Below are positions 38,003 through 46,704 of a DNA stretch of 64,000 nucleotides, piece after piece. The notes beneath the pieces were generated by a model. The model saw only the letters and a list, made by a program, of their open reading frames with translations, made no database searches and was not told where the DNA came from. A program made the position numbers and the translations under genes. Each line of letters starts with the position of its first letter. Position 1 is the first letter of the stretch. This stretch comes from Candidatus Woesearchaeota archaeon. Lineage in GTDB: Archaea; Nanobdellota; Nanobdellia; Pacearchaeales; GW2011-AR1. Where the stretch lies: assembly GCA_964493885.1 (NCBI GenBank), contig CAZBPV010000004.1, positions 205 through 64,204 of the forward strand, written 5' to 3'.

Positions 38003-41000
38003 CTACTTGTTGGTTTCCTCAACAACTTTCTTATTTGCAGTCTTTTTTTCTGCTTCTTTCTTAACCAAAGGCCCAATAATTTTAACAAGCAATCCAGGAA
38101 GTCCAGTTCCAACAGGTATTGGCTGATTAAGTATAATATTCTCTATAACACTTGTTAGTTTGTCTCCTGTTCCTTTTATCGACGCATTTACAAATTGTTT
38201 GACTGGCGTCTCGAATGTTGCTCTAGCCAAAATCGAAGACTTCTGTGCGATTATTCCCATTCTTGTAACTCCTTTGACAGTTCCTACATTAGTCATAGCA
38301 TCTGCAACAAGCTTCAAGTGCCTCATGTCAATATTTAATCCCTGAGTTGAAAGCGTCTCTGAGATTTCATTGATTATTAAATTTCTTGAAGCTTCAATTC
38401 CAAAAACTTCAGCAACTTCATATAAATCATTTGAAATTGTTTTGTCTTTGTTAACTTCTTTCATCGGCAGTATTTCTCTTAAATTAGTCCCAAGAGTCAT
38501 AACAATATAGTCTCTTGCTTTCTTTACTACAAGAATCTGCTCAATTCCTTTTACTCCAGAGATTACAGTATCTTTTAATTTTTCTTTTAACTTGTATATT
38601 TCTCTGAAATTAAATTCATTAGCATTAAGATTAATTCCTCCTTGGATTTCTCTAGCTTTAAAACCAAGATCATTTAATTTGTCAACAACTTTTTTAATAG
38701 AAGTATGTGTTTGTTTCAACCCCTTTGGATCAACTTTAATTTCTATTTTCTTATCACTAAAGTTTAAGTTAATTTCAGAAGATATTTCTTTTAAAGTTAC
38801 TTTTTTAATTTTTTCTGCAAACACTCTAGCATCATTTTCATTATTATATTCAGTATTAAGGTAGATTTCCATTTTAGGAGAAGAAGGTTTTTTTCTTGCA
38901 TCAAATATTTCAATTAATCTAGGAAGTCCCATAGTAACCTGCATCTCTGCAACTCCAGCCATGTGGAATGTATTAAGAACCATCTGAGTTGAACTCTCAC
39001 CAAAAGATTGAGCTGCAACAATTCCAATAGCTTCTCCAGCTTCTAAATCTCCACTTAGGTGAAGTTTAGTAACGTCTTTACCATCATCTCCGTATACAAA
39101 CTCAATTATATTATTGTTGCTGTCTCTTATAGTTCCATCATATTCTTTTCTAATATCTTGAAGAGCATTTGCAAGTCTTCTATACAAGTAACCTGATTTT
39201 GGAGTTCTTAGTGCTGTATCCATAAGAGAATCTCTTCCAGTTATTGCCTGGAAAAAGAATTCATCAGGTCTTAATCCTTTGATAAATGGACTTTTGATAA
39301 ATCCTCTTGACTTTGGAGATAAATCTCCCTTCTCAAAGAAGGATAGTGTTCTATTATTATATCCAATGTCAATTCTTCCACCCATAAATGCCTGTTGTCC
39401 AACGCAAGATGCCATCTGAGTTATATTTAAGACATTTCCTCCACCACCAGATTTAATCATATGATTTACAGGGTTATCCTTAGGGAATTTTTCTTTTACT
39501 ATTGCACCAATTTTTGTTCTAACTTCATTTAATACTTGAAGAATCTTTATTTCTCTTGACTCTTCTTTTGTTTTTCCTGGAATAATTTCAAGAGTATTAT
39601 TATTATATGCTTCAATCAGCTCATCTGTTCTTTTCTCAGTCTTACTTATTATTTCATCTCCCATTGCAATTGTTTCATCATCTAAATCCAAATCCTCTAC
39701 TGAGATTGTTATTCCTCTATCAGTCAGATAATTAATCCCAAGCTGGAATGCTTTTCTTATTGTATCAAATGCTACAGTTCTTCCAAATTCCTTGTCAATG
39801 ACTTTTACTAATTCTCCCTCTTCATCTCCAAAACTGCTCTTGTCAATCTTCCCCTTTACAACTTTTCCATCTTTTATTGAGAATGAATCATTAGAGAAAG
39901 ATATTTTTGGAAGAAGCTCAGAGAAAACTTCTAAACCCAAAATATTTTTCTTTGAGGTATATTTTTGTATTCCTGACTTATGAAGCAATTGATTTGCATA
40001 CTCCCCAGGAATAGTTTCTTCTAATCCAAGAAGATAGTTTCCAGTAACTGCATCTCCCACACAACCGATTAAATTAGTGTTGTTCTTAGGAGAAATTAAG
40101 TTCCTTTTTACATCAAGAAGTATTTTTGCTTCTGCCCTTGCCTCTTCATTTTGAGGAGAGTGTATATTCATTTCATCTCCATCAAAATCTGCATTGTAAG
40201 GAGCTGCTGCAGCTGGATGAAGCCTGAAAGTCCTTCCAGGAAGAACCTTAACAAAATGAGCCATAAGGCTTCCTCTATGCAAACTAGGATGTCTATTAAA
40301 TAATACTATATCTCCATCTTGAAGATGCCTCTCAACTTTATATCCTACTTCAAGTTCTGTGATTATTTCTTCTTTTAAGTCTTCTGTTATTTTTTTCCTC
40401 TTGCCATCAGGCCTGATTATATAATTTGCTCCAGGATACTCTTCTCCTTTTTTTATTAAACTTTTTAGTTTTTCAATATTCAAATCATTTACTGTCTCTG
40501 AAACAGTAACTACTCTTGCAATTTCATATGGAACCCCAACTTCATTTATTGCAATTGAAGGGTCAGGAGAGACAACAGTTCTTGCAGAATAGTTTACTCT
40601 TTTACCTGCAAGATTTTTTCTTATTCTCCCTTCTTTTCCTTTTATCCTCTCAGTTATTGTTTTTAATGGCTGTCCACTTCTGTGTCTTGCAGGAGGAACT
40701 CTTGCAACAGTATTATCAAAGAAAGTTGTAATATGATATTGCAGCAAGTCCCATAAATCCTCTATAATAACTTCTGGAGCTCCTGCATTAAGGTTCTCCC
40801 AGAGTCTCTGATTAGCTCTAATAATGTCAGAAAGTTTATGAGTTAAATCATCTTCACTCCTCTCCCCTGTTTCAAGAATAATACTTGGTCTTACAGTCAC
40901 TGGAGGAACAAGCAAAGAAGTAAGAACTGCCCATTCAGGCCTGCAATTTGTAGGCTCAACTCCAATCTTTTTTAATTCTTCACTAGGAATTCTACTTAAA

Positions 41001-41494
41001 ATCTCTCTTATTTCTGTAGGGAAAATTCTTTTCTTCCCAATATAAAAACCAGTTGGCTTTTCTACTTTTATTTTTTCATGAACTGCTCCGCAATACGGAC
41101 ATTTTTTCTGGTCTTTTGCTTTTTTTGCTCTCTCACTTGGAGTGTACTTGGCAATTTTAGCTTCTTCAAGAAGAAGCTTTCCGCACTCATGACAGAAACT
41201 TTTCAGACCAACTTCAATTAATGGGACATATTTAAGATGAATTACTGCCCTAGCCAAATCAATGCTTCCTGGATGTCCTAAACACTCTTTTAATCTTCCT
41301 CCACATGTACGACATCTCACTCCGGGGTCAATTGCTCCAAGCCTTAAATCCATCAACCCTCCATCTACTGGATAACCATCAATATCATAAAGTTCTGGAG
41401 TTACTATTTTTGCAGATGAAAGATTTTTAATCTGTTCTGGACTAAGTAAACTGAATTTAATAAGCCCAATTTTCTTTTTAATTAAAGTTTCCAT
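38003..41494 (-). CDS. rpoA: DNA-directed RNA polymerase subunit A, A' and A'' parts fused in one ORF
   Basis: Zn-binding N-terminus, catalytic NADFDGDEMN, bridge-helix region RDSLMDTALRTPKSGYLYRRL. The frame then continues without a stop into the A''-type trigger-loop region GEAIGIVAAQSFGESSTQMVLNTFHMAGV. Confidence 0.9.
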   Translation of the reverse strand: METLIKKKIGLIKFSLLSPEQIKNLSSAKIVTPELYDIDGYPVDGGLMDLRLGAIDPGVRCRTCGGRLKECLGHPGSIDLARAVIHLKYVPLIEVGLKSFCHECGKLLLEEAKIAKYTPSERAKKAKDQKKCPYCGAVHEKIKVEKPTGFYIGKKRIFPTEIREILSRIPSEELKKIGVEPTNCRPEWAVLTSLLVPPVTVRPSIILETGERSEDDLTHKLSDIIRANQRLWENLNAGAPEVIIEDLWDLLQYHITTFFDNTVARVPPARHRSGQPLKTITERIKGKEGRIRKNLAGKRVNYSARTVVSPDPSIAINEVGVPYEIARVVTVSETVNDLNIEKLKSLIKKGEEYPGANYIIRPDGKRKKITEDLKEEIITELEVGYKVERHLQDGDIVLFNRHPSLHRGSLMAHFVKVLPGRTFRLHPAAAAPYNADFDGDEMNIHSPQNEEARAEAKILLDVKRNLISPKNNTNLIGCVGDAVTGNYLLGLEETIPGEYANQLLHKSGIQKYTSKKNILGLEVFSELLPKISFSNDSFSIKDGKVVKGKIDKSSFGDEEGELVKVIDKEFGRTVAFDTIRKAFQLGINYLTDRGITISVEDLDLDDETIAMGDEIISKTEKRTDELIEAYNNNTLEIIPGKTKEESREIKILQVLNEVRTKIGAIVKEKFPKDNPVNHMIKSGGGGNVLNITQMASCVGQQAFMGGRIDIGYNNRTLSFFEKGDLSPKSRGFIKSPFIKGLRPDEFFFQAITGRDSLMDTALRTPKSGYLYRRLANALQDIRKEYDGTIRDSNNNIIEFVYGDDGKDVTKLHLSGDLEAGEAIGIVAAQSFGESSTQMVLNTFHMAGVAEMQVTMGLPRLIEIFDARKKPSSPKMEIYLNTEYNNENDARVFAEKIKKVTLKEISSEINLNFSDKKIEIKVDPKGLKQTHTSIKKVVDKLNDLGFKAREIQGGINLNANEFNFREIYKLKEKLKDTVISGVKGIEQILVVKKARDYIVMTLGTNLREILPMKEVNKDKTISNDLYEVAEVFGIEASRNLIINEISETLSTQGLNIDMRHLKLVADAMTNVGTVKGVTRMGIIAQKSSILARATFETPVKQFVNASIKGTGDKLTSVIENIILNQPIPVGTGLPGLLVKIIGPLVKKEAEKKTANKKVVEETNK

Positions 41495-41495
41495 T

Positions 41496-44400
41496 TTATT
41501 CGTATTTGTTTTTTAATTGGAATGTTGAGTGGATATGCAATCCCTGCAACTCTTCCAATAATAATTTAAATGCATATGAAACTTCAACATGTTCAACTGC
41601 TTCAGTTCCGCAAATTGGGCACAATGTTTTATCTCGTATGTTATCATCAATTCCAATTGCTCCGCACTTAGTGCAGATTGGAAGAATAATTTTATCTGAA
41701 TCATATCTCTCTTTAAGAAGCAAAGATGATCCATGAGCAACTAGTGCTTGCTGCTCCATTTCTCCTAATCTTAATGCTCCTCCTCTAGATCTACCTTCAA
41801 TTGGTTGTCTTGTAAGAAGTGCAATCTTACCAGAAGCCCTTCCATGAAGTTTGTTAGCAACCATATATTTAAGTTTCAAGTAATATAAGTTTCCTACAAA
41901 AATCTTTGAGATAATTCTTTTTCCAGTAATTCCATTATACATAGTCTCTTTTCCATCATATCTAAATCCTAATTCTTCTAATTGATTCTCCAACTCTCTC
42001 TTGCTTGCTCCAGAAAAAGAAGTACCGTCAATTACTTCTCCTTTAAGGCACCCTACTTTTCCTGCAAGTAATTCAAGCAGATAACCAACAGTCATACGGC
42101 TTGGAAGTCCATGAGGATTGAATAGAACGTCTGGCTTGATTCCCTTAGAAGTAAATGGTATATCTTCTTCAGGAATAATTGCCCCGATAACTCCTTTTTG
42201 TCCATGAGCTGTGGCAAATTTATCCCCAATTTCAGGGATTCTTAAATCTCGTGTCTTAACCTGAACAATCTTATTCCCTTCTTCATCTTCTGTTACGAAA
42301 ACAGCATCAACTGTTCCTTTTTCTTCCTGCCTCATTGTCACAGAAGATTCTTTCTTTGTTCTTACTGAGATTTCTCTAGCTTCAGATAAGAATTTTGGAG
42401 GAGACATTTTACCAATAATTACCTCTCCCTCATTTAGCTCTGCTTCAGGATAAATTATTCCATCACCTTCAAGATGTTTATAACTTATTTCTGTTTTGTA
42501 ACCTGAACTATCTTTTTCTGGGATAGCAATCTCGTCTTTTAATCCCCCTGCATAATTCATTTCAACTGCAGAATAAGGTCTGAAATAAAAACTTCTTCCA
42601 ACCCCTCTCTGAATGCTTCCCTTATTAAGGACAAGTGAATCTTCCATATTATATCCTTCATGAGTCATTATTGCTACAACTAAATTCTGTCCTGCTGGAT
42701 AAGTATTAATTGTGTCATAAACAAAACTTCTTACAATTGGTTTTTGAGGATACTGAAGTATACTTACATCAGTATCAAGTCTGCAAAGATAATTAGCAGA
42801 ATACAAACCAAGAGCTTGCTTCTGGGTTTTACTACCTCTATTTAATCTTGAACTTTGATCATGATTTCCATACGGAACAAGACTAGTAACTATCCCAAAT
42901 AAATCTATACTGTCTATTTCTAAATGAGTATGTTTTGGAGTTATTTCTTCTTCATATAATGCCACTAAAGAATTTTCTTCTTCTGCTGCATCAAGATACT
43001 CAATAACTCCTTTTTTAATTAAATCATCCCAACTCATTTGCCCTTGTTCTATCTGTATAAGATACTCGTTCTTCATTCTTGAGACTCCATTTTCAAGTAT
43101 AATAAGAGGCCTTAATGCTCTTCCAGGTTCAGTAGAGATTGTGATATTTTGAAGTTCAGTATCATTTCTTACATTCAACTGTATTGGAAGAATTCCTGCT
43201 CTTCTTTTATCTCTTATCTTAGAAACAAATTCTTCTACATTATTTACTGCTCCGATAAATCTTCCATTAAAGAAAACATCAGTTCCTGCTACTCCTTCAA
43301 GATTTAATCCATCATTTTGTAATTCTTTTAAGAATTTTTCCTCGTCTAAACCAGTTCTTGTTGAAATCTTGCAAAGAATTGCAAGATTTTTTCTAAGTCC
43401 AATTTCTGTTCCTTCAGGAGTTTCAATTGGGCAGAATCTTCCATAATGAGTAGGATGTAATGTTCTTGCAAGGAAATTTTCTTGATCTGATGGAAGCATA
43501 CTCGACACTCTCTGCAATTGAGAGATTGTAGCAAGATAATTTGTTTTATCCATATTTTGAGTAACTCCACTTCTCTCACCAGTCCAGCTTCCAGTAGCAA
43601 TAGCAGATTCAATTCTATGACTAAAAAGAGTTGATTTGGCAATAGTCTTTATTGAGTAAAATTTCTTTCTCTTTGATGATTTTTGAAGAGAATACTGAAT
43701 ATCTCTAAAGAGTATTCCAAGGTTTACTCTAAATAAGCTTGCAAGCAAGTCTCCTGAAAGTCTTACCCTTTTATTTGCATAGTGATCTTTATCAGTCTGT
43801 ATCTTTGGATTTTCCTTAGCAATCAAAAATTGTTTTATTAATTTGCATAGTGTTATAGCTTTTTTAATCCTGTCTTCTTTTTTTCCTCCAATATGTGGAA
43901 ATAAGTAAGAGTCAATTCTTTGTTTTACTCTGTCAAGAATCTCTTTTTTTGTTCCTTGAAGATTAGTCATCTCTGCTATTTTCACCATAGCATCTTCTTG
44001 ACTTGCAATACTTACAAACTCATAGAGATTTACAATAACACTGTCTGTTTCTTTTCCAATATATTTTGCAATGTCTGCTTCTTTTATAAGTCCAAGAGCT
44101 TTTAGAATGATTACTGCAGGAATATCTCTAAAACGAGAAAAAGAAACCTCTAAAATTCCCTCTTTGCTTTCCTTAATTGTAGTAGGGATTCTGTATGTTC
44201 CTCTTAAGGAAAATACCCTTAAAGTAAGTATACCTTTTTTATCTTTTTCAATAAATGGCTGATTTTCTGCAAGGTCTTCTGCCATAACCATAACTCTTTC
44301 ATTACCATTAATCATAAAGTATCCCCCAGGATCCATTGGGTCCAGATAGTTTTTTATCATCTCTTCTTTTGACATTTTGAATGTATTGCATATTTCACTC

Positions 44401-44753
44401 TTAACCATAACTGGTATCCTTCCAATTTCAACAACTTCTGAATCAACTTGGTCATCTTTTTTAACTGTCAATTCCATTGTTATTGGAGCAGAATAAGTAA
44501 GATTTCTTAATCTAGCTTCTGTTGGTGTAATCATAGAAGAACTTCCATCTGCCTCTATTACTTGTGGTCTTCCAACTTCCATCTTTCCAAGAGTAATCTC
44601 AAAATCTTCACTAATCATGCTCTCAGAAATCTCAGTTACTATTTCTTGAAGTCTTTTTTTAATGAAATTATTATAAGAAGTTATATTTGATTCAACTAAT
44701 GAATGTCCTTTAAGATAATTCTTTACAACTAAATGATTTATGTCTTTAACCAT
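41496..44753 (-). CDS. rpoB: DNA-directed RNA polymerase subunit B (unsplit)
   Basis: Conserved RpoB blocks (GYNMEDS, ATAHGQKGV, GEMEQQAL, C-terminal Zn ribbon CTKCG...CPICG). 1-nt gap to rpoA. Confidence 0.95.
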   Translation of the reverse strand: MVKDINHLVVKNYLKGHSLVESNITSYNNFIKKRLQEIVTEISESMISEDFEITLGKMEVGRPQVIEADGSSSMITPTEARLRNLTYSAPITMELTVKKDDQVDSEVVEIGRIPVMVKSEICNTFKMSKEEMIKNYLDPMDPGGYFMINGNERVMVMAEDLAENQPFIEKDKKGILTLRVFSLRGTYRIPTTIKESKEGILEVSFSRFRDIPAVIILKALGLIKEADIAKYIGKETDSVIVNLYEFVSIASQEDAMVKIAEMTNLQGTKKEILDRVKQRIDSYLFPHIGGKKEDRIKKAITLCKLIKQFLIAKENPKIQTDKDHYANKRVRLSGDLLASLFRVNLGILFRDIQYSLQKSSKRKKFYSIKTIAKSTLFSHRIESAIATGSWTGERSGVTQNMDKTNYLATISQLQRVSSMLPSDQENFLARTLHPTHYGRFCPIETPEGTEIGLRKNLAILCKISTRTGLDEEKFLKELQNDGLNLEGVAGTDVFFNGRFIGAVNNVEEFVSKIRDKRRAGILPIQLNVRNDTELQNITISTEPGRALRPLIILENGVSRMKNEYLIQIEQGQMSWDDLIKKGVIEYLDAAEEENSLVALYEEEITPKHTHLEIDSIDLFGIVTSLVPYGNHDQSSRLNRGSKTQKQALGLYSANYLCRLDTDVSILQYPQKPIVRSFVYDTINTYPAGQNLVVAIMTHEGYNMEDSLVLNKGSIQRGVGRSFYFRPYSAVEMNYAGGLKDEIAIPEKDSSGYKTEISYKHLEGDGIIYPEAELNEGEVIIGKMSPPKFLSEAREISVRTKKESSVTMRQEEKGTVDAVFVTEDEEGNKIVQVKTRDLRIPEIGDKFATAHGQKGVIGAIIPEEDIPFTSKGIKPDVLFNPHGLPSRMTVGYLLELLAGKVGCLKGEVIDGTSFSGASKRELENQLEELGFRYDGKETMYNGITGKRIISKIFVGNLYYLKLKYMVANKLHGRASGKIALLTRQPIEGRSRGGALRLGEMEQQALVAHGSSLLLKERYDSDKIILPICTKCGAIGIDDNIRDKTLCPICGTEAVEHVEVSYAFKLLLEELQGLHIHSTFQLKNKYE

Positions 44754-44813
44754 TTTTAATCTCCAATTTAAAATGATTTTTACAAAATTTTCTAAATTTT
44801 AGTTTAACCATAT

Positions 44814-45020
44814 TTAAACAACCACCCTGTAATAGACAAAAGTATTGTCTCCGTCCTTCCTTTCTATCTTTATTATATCTCCAGGGTTACATGCTTCAGG
44901 CAATGCAGCGTCAGTAATTAGTATTTTTGGAATTTGTGACTTAGAAACATTCAATTTTTTTAATAAATTATCAGATTCTTTTTCATTGAGTTTAGAATGT
45001 TTTGGCTGTAGAATGTGCAT
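44814..45020 (-). CDS. rpoH: DNA-directed RNA polymerase subunit H (Rpb5 C-terminal domain)
   Basis: HILQPKH..L...E...LLKKLNV...QIPKI...D...........GDIIKIER motif. Lies upstream of rpoB. Confidence 0.85.
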   Translation of the reverse strand: MHILQPKHSKLNEKESDNLLKKLNVSKSQIPKILITDAALPEACNPGDIIKIERKDGDNTFVYYRVVV

Positions 45021-45190
45021 CTTTAATATTTTGGACCACTAAGAGGCTGTAACACTTAGATTCAGCTTTAGCAACTATCCAATAATAAAAGAAACTAAAA
45101 TTTGCTTTAAAAACCTTTTGTTTTTTAGGGTTTTTAAACTTAAATGGTTTCACAAGGAATTAGCTATAAATTAAACAAGTTTAAATCTAA

Positions 45191-45307
45191 AAAAATGGCC
45201 TCGACGGGATTTGGACTCTCGCTAAAGCTCAGTCTAGTCCATATTCTATGAATCTGAACTAAACCCAAGGGTTCAAATCACTAGAAAAATGGCCTCGACG
45301 GGATTTG
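45191..45307. repeat. 23-nt exact direct repeat (45191-45213 and 45285-45307) duplicating the tRNA-Lys 3' end plus T-run, with a 71-nt spacer resembling a decayed tRNA
   Basis: AAAAATGGCCTCGACGGGATTTG occurs twice on the + strand. The spacer keeps ACTAGACT and TAGTTCAG, echoing the anticodon and D arms of tRNA-Lys. Confidence 0.85.
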
Positions 45308-45363
45308 AACCCGCGACACCTAGATTAAAAGTCTAGTGCTCTACCAGGCTGAGCTACGAAGCC
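45290..45363 (-). tRNA. tRNA-Lys (anticodon UUU)
   Basis: GGCTTCG-TA-GCTC-AGCCTGGTA-GAGC-A-CTAGA-CTTTTAA-TCTAG-GTGTC-GCGGG-TTCAAAT-CCCGT-CGAGGCC-A, folded by hand. Confidence 0.9.
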
Positions 45364-45436
45364 TCATTGACTAGCTTTTTAGATCAGATGGTTTAGCCAG
45401 ATTTTAATCTGAGCCTACCAGGCTGAGCTACGAAGC
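45341..45436. repeat. 22-nt exact direct repeat (45341-45362 and 45415-45436) duplicating the tRNA-Lys 5' acceptor and D arm, with a 52-nt spacer
   Basis: CTACCAGGCTGAGCTACGAAGC occurs twice on the + strand. The distal copy lacks the D-stem return strand, so it cannot be a complete tRNA on its own. Confidence 0.85.
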
Positions 45437-45476
45437 TGTTATAATAGTTAATAGAAATGGTTTAAAAAAGCTTTCT

Positions 45477-45800
45477 TTATATATAGTTTCCTAGCTTTTC
45501 TTCTAAATCATCTTCAGACATCGAGCCAACAAACTGCTCCACTACTTTTCCATTCTTAAATAATACAAAATTAGGAATAGAACTTACATTATGCTTCTGG
45601 GCAAGTTCTTGACTCTCTCCAACATTCACTTTTCCGAATTTTATCTTCCCCTTGAATTTATCACTTAACTCTTCAATTATTGGAGTCATCATCATGCAGG
45701 GCATGCACCACTCTGCAAAAAAATCAATTAATACGACTCCCTTACTCACAAATTTTTCAAATTCTGCATTTGATACATCAGGAACTTTGTCATTTGCCAT
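45477..45800 (-). CDS. trx: thioredoxin (variant active site WCMPC)
   Basis: Thioredoxin-fold length with FFAEWCMPC. Last gene of the nrd cluster. TTTATAAA box at 45831-45838. Confidence 0.85.
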   Translation of the reverse strand: MANDKVPDVSNAEFEKFVSKGVVLIDFFAEWCMPCMMMTPIIEELSDKFKGKIKFGKVNVGESQELAQKHNVSSIPNFVLFKNGKVVEQFVGSMSEDDLEEKLGNYI

Positions 45801-45843
45801 TTTATTCTTAAATGCTTAGAACAAATAGCATTTATAAATTTTT

Positions 45844-46548
45844 TTAAATTCGTATATCCACACTTTCAAAAGAATTATCTATTATCTGCTTTAAATCACA
45901 AAGATACTGTTCTTTTGTATCCTTTACTTTTTTATACTTATTGTTAATAAACTTGCCCTGATTCTTAAAGCCCTGCAAAACAAATTTTTTTGGCTTTCCA
46001 GCACATAATCTATTCAGCCACTTAGCTATATCCTCTATTTCTATTTCATTATGAATATCTTCTATTATTGTTGTTCTAAATTCATAATAATCCAGCAAAG
46101 AGGAAATAATTTTTATGCTCTTTTCAATTTTTTTCAAATCTATTTCTGAATTAGTTATTTCATTGTATTTGTCTTTTCCAGATTTTATATCCATAGCAAC
46201 ATAATCAATTAAACCTTTTTTAATTAATTCCTCTAAAAGTTCTGGGAAACTCCCATTTGTATCCATCTTAATGGAATAACCCAAATCTTTTATATTTTTT
46301 AAGAAGTTAACATCAATAGTTAATAATGGCTCCCCTCCTGTAATACAAACACCTTCTAACTGCCCTTTTCTTTTTTCTAAGAAATCTAAAATCTCTTTTT
46401 CAGTATAATCTTTTCCTAAAGGTGATAGAACTAGTTCAGGATTATGGCAAAATCCGCATTTAAAATTGCAGCCAAACAAAAATATTGTGCATGCAAGTTT
46501 TCCAGGATAATCTATTAGTGTGAATTCTTGTAATCCTTTTATTTTCAT
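45844..46548 (-). CDS. nrdG: anaerobic ribonucleotide reductase activating protein (radical SAM)
   Basis: The FGCNFKCGFCHN CxxxCxxC cluster motif and GGEPL. Lies immediately downstream of nrdD. Confidence 0.85.
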   Translation of the reverse strand: MKIKGLQEFTLIDYPGKLACTIFLFGCNFKCGFCHNPELVLSPLGKDYTEKEILDFLEKRKGQLEGVCITGGEPLLTIDVNFLKNIKDLGYSIKMDTNGSFPELLEELIKKGLIDYVAMDIKSGKDKYNEITNSEIDLKKIEKSIKIISSLLDYYEFRTTIIEDIHNEIEIEDIAKWLNRLCAGKPKKFVLQGFKNQGKFINNKYKKVKDTKEQYLCDLKQIIDNSFESVDIRI

Positions 46549-46556
46549 TTTTCCTC

Positions 46557-46691
46557 CTACTCTGTTGCATTTTGTCCAGCTTTGAATGTCACCCTATCAT
46601 CAAATTCTGCTTGTTTTCCGTCATTCCACTGACTGACTGGACGCAAGTAACCACAAACTCTTGAATAAACCTCACATTCTGTTCTTTTCAT
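46557..46691 (-). CDS. stand-alone NrdD C-terminal glycyl-radical peptide (44 aa)
   Basis: Own translation: MKRTECEVYSRVCGYLRPVSQWNDGKQAEFDDRVTFKAGQNATE. It contains the class III RNR glycyl-radical signature (YSRVxGY.RPV..WN.GK..EF.DR). GGAGGT SD 7 nt upstream. It is below the ORF-track size cut-off. Confidence 0.7.
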   Translation of the reverse strand: MKRTECEVYSRVCGYLRPVSQWNDGKQAEFDDRVTFKAGQNATE

Positions 46692-46704
46692 TTTTTACCT
46701 CCTT

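Noticed and set aside
45191-45289. A second functional tRNA formed by the spacer plus the downstream copy of the tRNA-Lys 3' end.
   Set aside because: There is no 5' strand complementary to CGAGGCC, and the T-stem (GAGAG / CCCGT) does not pair. It is treated as a decayed fragment.
46692-46704. The nrdD split as a simple sequencing frameshift.
   Set aside because: It cannot be excluded without reads. However, the upstream frame ends after ~46 non-conserved residues, and the downstream piece has its own well-spaced GGAGGT and ATG. It is therefore reported as a finding rather than a pseudogene.
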